Shown here: piece by piece, positions 60,701 to 64,000 of the stretch | Numbering within the stretch: position 1 is the first letter of the stretch | Layout: every line of letters begins with the position of its first letter | From: Bacteroidota bacterium | GTDB lineage: Bacteria > Bacteroidota > Bacteroidia > Chitinophagales > CAMDFR01 | Assembly: GCA_037130135.1 (NCBI GenBank) | Contig: JBAXTO010000001.1 | Location: 147,813 to 211,812, forward strand | Direction of reading: 5' to 3' | Length of the DNA stretch: 64,000 nt | The notes under the pieces: model-generated | Told to the model about the DNA's origin: nothing | The model's database searches: none | Seen by the model: only the letters and a program-made list of their open reading frames with translations | Position numbers and translations under genes: made by a program

Positions 60701-61381
60701 AAATTGCACTACCCAACGAGGGGTATAAACCTGGCTTTGAATGCTTACTTTGTTGTATTCTGTTTTTTCGCCACTTAGTTTATGGGCTGCTTTTTTGTAA
60801 TTGTTATAGCTTTCGTATAACCAACCCAATACATCATCACTCTTCCAAATTTCTGTTTCTACTTGTGTATCGGTTTCTACCTGATTAAAGGCATTGATGA
60901 TGCCTTGCAATTCTAATGCTGTAGGCAGCAAATGATAAGGGTGCTGAGGACTGAATAAAGGAATATCGGAAGCTAATTTTTGTAATTGGTCTTCCAGGAA
61001 AAGCAGCAAGCCTTCGGCTTCTTCATTTCTTGCATTGGGGTTTTGCTCTAACCAAGCCAAATGAGCAAAGGAACGACCACCGTGGCTTTCTCTTCGGGTT
61101 ACAATTTCGGGGTGCAAGGTATGAGCTTCCATTACTTTGAGAGCCGCCAAACGATTGAACAACGTAAAGGTGAGTTCCTCCACCAACTTCTCGTAAGCAT
61201 CTGCCACAGTGCCTGTTTCTGCAATAAACACCTCACGGATGGTTTCCATACGTTTGCGTTCAGCAGGCATATTTTCAATGGCTGTCAATTGCCCTTCATT
61301 TATACCCATTCTGCCCAAGCGATTGCGAAAGGCTTGGTCAATGAGTTGGCGTATATGTTCTACGTGTTCGCTAAGTTTCAT
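57707..61381 (-). CDS. pglX: BREX-1 adenine methyltransferase PglX (BrxX)
   Basis: TLFNRLAALKVME, LGWLYESYN, QVYTPRWVV, DPSTGSG, ANPPY, KGGPYNKWYGN, LDDGVGKNI. Confidence 0.93.
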   Translation of the reverse strand: MKLSEHVEHIRQLIDQAFRNRLGRMGINEGQLTAIENMPAERKRMETIREVFIAETGTVADAYEKLVEELTFTLFNRLAALKVMEAHTLHPEIVTRRESHGGRSFAHLAWLEQNPNARNEEAEGLLLFLEDQLQKLASDIPLFSPQHPYHLLPTALELQGIINAFNQVETDTQVETEIWKSDDVLGWLYESYNNYKKAAHKLSGEKTEYNKVSIQSQVYTPRWVVQFLVDNSLGKLYLEMYPDSEIRNKYKIANAPTSQTRERKPLHEIGMIDPSTGSGNYLLYGFDMYYDLYIDQIENYGADYNEADVPKLIIENNLHGVDLDDRAIQLAQLGLYIKAKRKKRTAKIEHFNIVSSDFFLPAYNDVKDIFEDGNVGERERKIIEDLWEDLQNAHKFGSLIRLEEKLNLKWFGTKDKNDHNQVTLFGQQEMEGFETFRNAFFTNLQKAVAQNTAKQGQTFLNTKTQDAITFLQLLTQKYDVAVANPPYTDGADFGPELKKFIEANYKQPYKFNSNLYAVFIKRCFELTTENGKIALIHPLTFMYIKTFEDVRKFILEKTHISVFVDYGLSNLFGTVMVDPAFYVLEKGNDKQEKSWFISLDQYTRTPNEKFKKDFCLEALDDNISNRPNKHNITLPQEKLKIIEGWPFIYWISDGFREKFTEKALDEILKPRQGIATGNNDKCVRHWWEVEQSELSVEVNDEKKWKFYSKGGPYNKWYGNFWTVINYSPSGYDFLLNSGNHLPSRNFYFLEGATYSASGSKGVSFRYMPTNLLFDVGGSCIFPGEFKNVKYYLSFLNTKLTFYIADCLNPTVNTQVGDLKRIPFVIPSKKIENTISLLATVNIDVKRNFCSYRITETNYGQSPLIAFQGAALKDRVLAYLNYENVQHTQVLINEAIINELIFEVYELSDADREQVETKMGLSIGLLAVLKEAKEAFLAQLQNPIAEVNEHIQNLPITTFEEQRVREIKEAFATLYQSNNDLEEFCIRHQVNPINVWYWFKEANTVPAARASEIALEFLADAIRTLLQQDDDGIIPLVGLPGEEALSQRLEQHCLQNGFTAAQYMQLDSLLGRSVNEYLEHHFFNQLSNHLNLFMYLPKTPFIWHLSSGQQQGFEAFILIYKWNRDSLFKLKSHYISHRVQNLEYRQITLQDVNTAQAQTEKETIRLQLQEIKLFTTKIDELIAEGYDPKLDDGVGKNIAPIQKKGLLRGEVLKANQLTKYLNADW

Positions 61382-61382
61382 A

Positions 61383-64000
61383 TTAGTTAATTTCTATTTC
61401 ATCATTATCCGATGCACTTGCCAATTTTTGCAATTCACCCTGCAACCAAGTTTTGTATTCAGCCACTTTCATTTTTGAAGTTGGCATTTTAACCGCATAC
61501 TTTTTTACTGTGGGTGTTGGAGGCGTTCCGGGTTGTGGTTCGGGTGCTTTCGTTTTGATTAAACTGGCTTTAGCAATTTCAATTTCTGCCTTTTTGCTTG
61601 GATACAAGTCAATGAATGAAAGCACTTCGGAATAGGTGAAACGACTTTGTTTGTCTTTTACATCAAAATCAATCGTAATAGCAGAAAGGGTTCTTTGCTT
61701 TGCGTATTGATTAAGTGCAGTGGCTTTAGATGATGCAACTGTATTAAGTCCAGCAGGCAATGTTTCAATTTCCTTAATTAGTTCAGTTGCCAAAGCATCA
61801 ATCTCAGTGTATTTAGCAGCACAATCTTTCATAGCAGTACTAAACAGTTGATGGTATTCATCTTTTGTTTTTTGTGCTGATTGCTGAAGGGATGCAAAAT
61901 TTTTAATTACATCACCAGTTAAATGGCTGTCGAAATCTGCTCTGAGTTGCTGTATTGCTGCATTACTCATTGCAGCTTTGGTTAATTCGTCCTCTACTGC
62001 AATAATAAATGCCTTCCATTCTTTTACTTTTGAAAGGTTGTTTCTGATGAACTTCTCTACTTTTTCAATATCCTGCAAGGCTATTAGAAAAGCATCTTTA
62101 GCAGCTAAAAATTCAACCGCCTTGTCAATGTAGTTTGCTTCGCTTACTGCACCTGTAAAACCGCCAATAAAGGTGGCGTTTTCATCAGCCTTTGGAAATA
62201 ATTTATCAAATTCTTTCTCGCTGTTACGCAGTGTAGTTACTTTATCAGCAAAGTGCTTGGCTGTATCTCTAACGGCTGAAACCAATTCAAAATCATTGGT
62301 ATTGTAATCTATTTTATGGCCTATATATTTTTCGGCTTCAATATCCAACAGGAATTGAGCTAACTCTTGTTTTTGCAATGCTGATAGCGATTTAGAAACC
62401 GCTTTGAAAGTTGCTCTACGAAACTCCCTGGCTGCATTAAAAATGGCAGGTACACCATCATCACGCCAAGAGAATTTTTCTACTCCGTTGTATTTGGCAA
62501 TAACTTTTCCTGCTCTCATTAAAGCTGCCACAGAAGATATAACCGTACCGAATGTAAAGCCCGCAGGTGGTTGTTCTAAATCTTTTTCAAGAGTTGTTCC
62601 GTCAACAAACGTGTTTCTAATCTTGTACAATATTTCTTCGGCAACCTTTAGGTTTTCACCAATGAAATTGCCCTGAGCATCAAAAAAGGCAAAGTCACTA
62701 CCAGTAAAGTACTGTTGCAATCTTGCATTATTGGCTTCTTTAATAACCGCAGCAGCTACACTGTCGCTTAATTGTGAACCTAAACGCTTGCTGTACACAT
62801 TCTGTATAATTTGCTTCTGTTGAGTTTGTAGGGTTGTTTGCCAATTGTCTTTATTTAATTGCAGGGTATTGTATAAATAAATGGCTGTAGCATTTAGCAA
62901 AGAATCTTCCACCAAATCCTTAATACGATTTTGCTTTTCACCTTTGGCAGTTGAAAAACTAATCAATATTTTACCTTCTTCAGAATTTGGATTGTTGTAT
63001 TTCTGCTCTAAATAAGTAGTGCGTTCTACTTCATCAATCAAGCGGTCTAACTCTTTAAAATAACTATTGTCTGGCACTAACCACAACAGGTCTTTATCGT
63101 TTTGATGCTGCACCTTTAATGCATCAATATCTGTGGTACGGCTGTCTGAAATATTGTAAACGCTTTTTACTTTTAATTTTAAGTATTTCAGATTGGGTGT
63201 AGTTAGTTCATCATCATTATCGGTAGTGATAAAGAAATCATACTGTAAGCCAGTATCGGTTACTTTGGCTATTGTTTTTGTAAACTGGGCTGCTTTGTAT
63301 GCAGTTACTAATTGCTTCTTTTTAACGAAGCCTTGAACGGTGAAACCGTTCATTTCATCCAACAACCTTTGTTCAATATCGGACGTGATGCGGTAAGTTT
63401 TGTTGGTATCTAACAATACTTTCGCCTCTGTCAATACTTCAAGTGCCTTTGTTATATCATCCTGTACTTTGAACTGATCGTCAGGGTCGCTGATGAAGGA
63501 TTTAATGATGTTGGGCAAAGTAGAAGGAGTAACTTCCGCTTCGGTTAAGAAATTGATGGTTTCTAAAAGTTTTCTTCCAGAAATAGATGAACCTGCTTCG
63601 GACAAAATACGTTCTGCATTATCGTAACGGCTTACCAAACGAACTGGAGGCTGTGGCTGACCTTCTTTAGCTATATGCCATCCTGTAACTGTGTGAAACA
63701 AATCCGTGTGCTGAACTTCCTGCTTTAAAATATCGTAGGTAGTTATAATCATTCCCCTTGCTGCTACTTTAGTAGAAGCATAACCCTTTGTACCAAAGAG
63801 AAAGTTTTGAAGCAAGTCGAACTGATACTTGTAAAAAGGGTAATAAGTGGCGTAGTTATCTGCACTATCTGTTTTGCTGATACCTGCACCGTGAATTGAG
63901 GCGTGGTCGGCAATTTTGCCTGAATTTTTTTTGTAATGGTCAGTCAATTTTTGAATACCTGTTTCGGTTTTCTTTAAAAGCCTGTTACGAATAATTACAC
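61383..64000 (-). CDS. brxC: BREX system P-loop ATPase BrxC (5' part outside window)
   Basis: Frame open past 64000 (VIIRNRLLKKTE..); YYPFYKYQF, LEQPPAGF; directly upstream of pglX. Confidence 0.85.
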   Translation of the reverse strand, partial: VIIRNRLLKKTETGIQKLTDHYKKNSGKIADHASIHGAGISKTDSADNYATYYPFYKYQFDLLQNFLFGTKGYASTKVAARGMIITTYDILKQEVQHTDLFHTVTGWHIAKEGQPQPPVRLVSRYDNAERILSEAGSSISGRKLLETINFLTEAEVTPSTLPNIIKSFISDPDDQFKVQDDITKALEVLTEAKVLLDTNKTYRITSDIEQRLLDEMNGFTVQGFVKKKQLVTAYKAAQFTKTIAKVTDTGLQYDFFITTDNDDELTTPNLKYLKLKVKSVYNISDSRTTDIDALKVQHQNDKDLLWLVPDNSYFKELDRLIDEVERTTYLEQKYNNPNSEEGKILISFSTAKGEKQNRIKDLVEDSLLNATAIYLYNTLQLNKDNWQTTLQTQQKQIIQNVYSKRLGSQLSDSVAAAVIKEANNARLQQYFTGSDFAFFDAQGNFIGENLKVAEEILYKIRNTFVDGTTLEKDLEQPPAGFTFGTVISSVAALMRAGKVIAKYNGVEKFSWRDDGVPAIFNAAREFRRATFKAVSKSLSALQKQELAQFLLDIEAEKYIGHKIDYNTNDFELVSAVRDTAKHFADKVTTLRNSEKEFDKLFPKADENATFIGGFTGAVSEANYIDKAVEFLAAKDAFLIALQDIEKVEKFIRNNLSKVKEWKAFIIAVEDELTKAAMSNAAIQQLRADFDSHLTGDVIKNFASLQQSAQKTKDEYHQLFSTAMKDCAAKYTEIDALATELIKEIETLPAGLNTVASSKATALNQYAKQRTLSAITIDFDVKDKQSRFTYSEVLSFIDLYPSKKAEIEIAKASLIKTKAPEPQPGTPPTPTVKKYAVKMPTSKMKVAEYKTWLQGELQKLASASDNDEIEIN

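Larger units (their letters stand above)
37644..64000. mobile_element. Integrative defence island (left part; integrase and other att site outside window)
   Basis: att-like core, arm-like repeats, then uninterrupted accessory and defence cargo to the window end. Confidence 0.75.

Noticed and set aside
43709-62676. Many 60-110 aa plus-strand ORFs within the defence array
   Set aside because: Antisense shadows of long, motif-bearing minus-strand genes.
61383-63947. 854-aa ORF as a complete protein starting at 63947
   Set aside because: The TTG is internal; the frame stays open to 64000 and the N-terminal P-loop of BrxC is not in the window.

Overview
AT-rich Bacteroidota chromosome segment, judged from T9SS cargo proteins, TAnnTTTG promoter boxes and a short NuoG. 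Positions 1-37.6 kb are mostly core genes: nuoA-I, pfkA, a partial flexirubin/aryl-polyene cluster with an FjTAL-like ammonia-lyase, ruvX-def-holA, a VTC/DUF4956 pair and T9SS proteins. They also carry intergenic heptamer-repeat elements and a hipA remnant. At 37644-37660 an orphan copy of the mnmE (trmE) 3' end (..CIGK*) followed by arm-like direct repeats marks the likely left boundary of an integrative island that runs past the window end. The island holds a ~2.2 kb structured, largely non-coding region and one tightly packed minus-strand defence array of >22 kb: brxC-pglX-pglZ-brxL (BREX type 1), a PD-(D/E)XK/DUF5655 nuclease, a catalytically inactive long prokaryotic Argonaute, a Upf1/DNA2-like SF1 helicase, a 1473-aa Trp-repeat protein ending in a DarT ADP-ribosyltransferase domain, and a macrodomain protein. 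The pAgo-helicase-repeat DarT-macrodomain module is the best candidate for an undescribed system. All family calls come from motifs read by eye; no searches were run.
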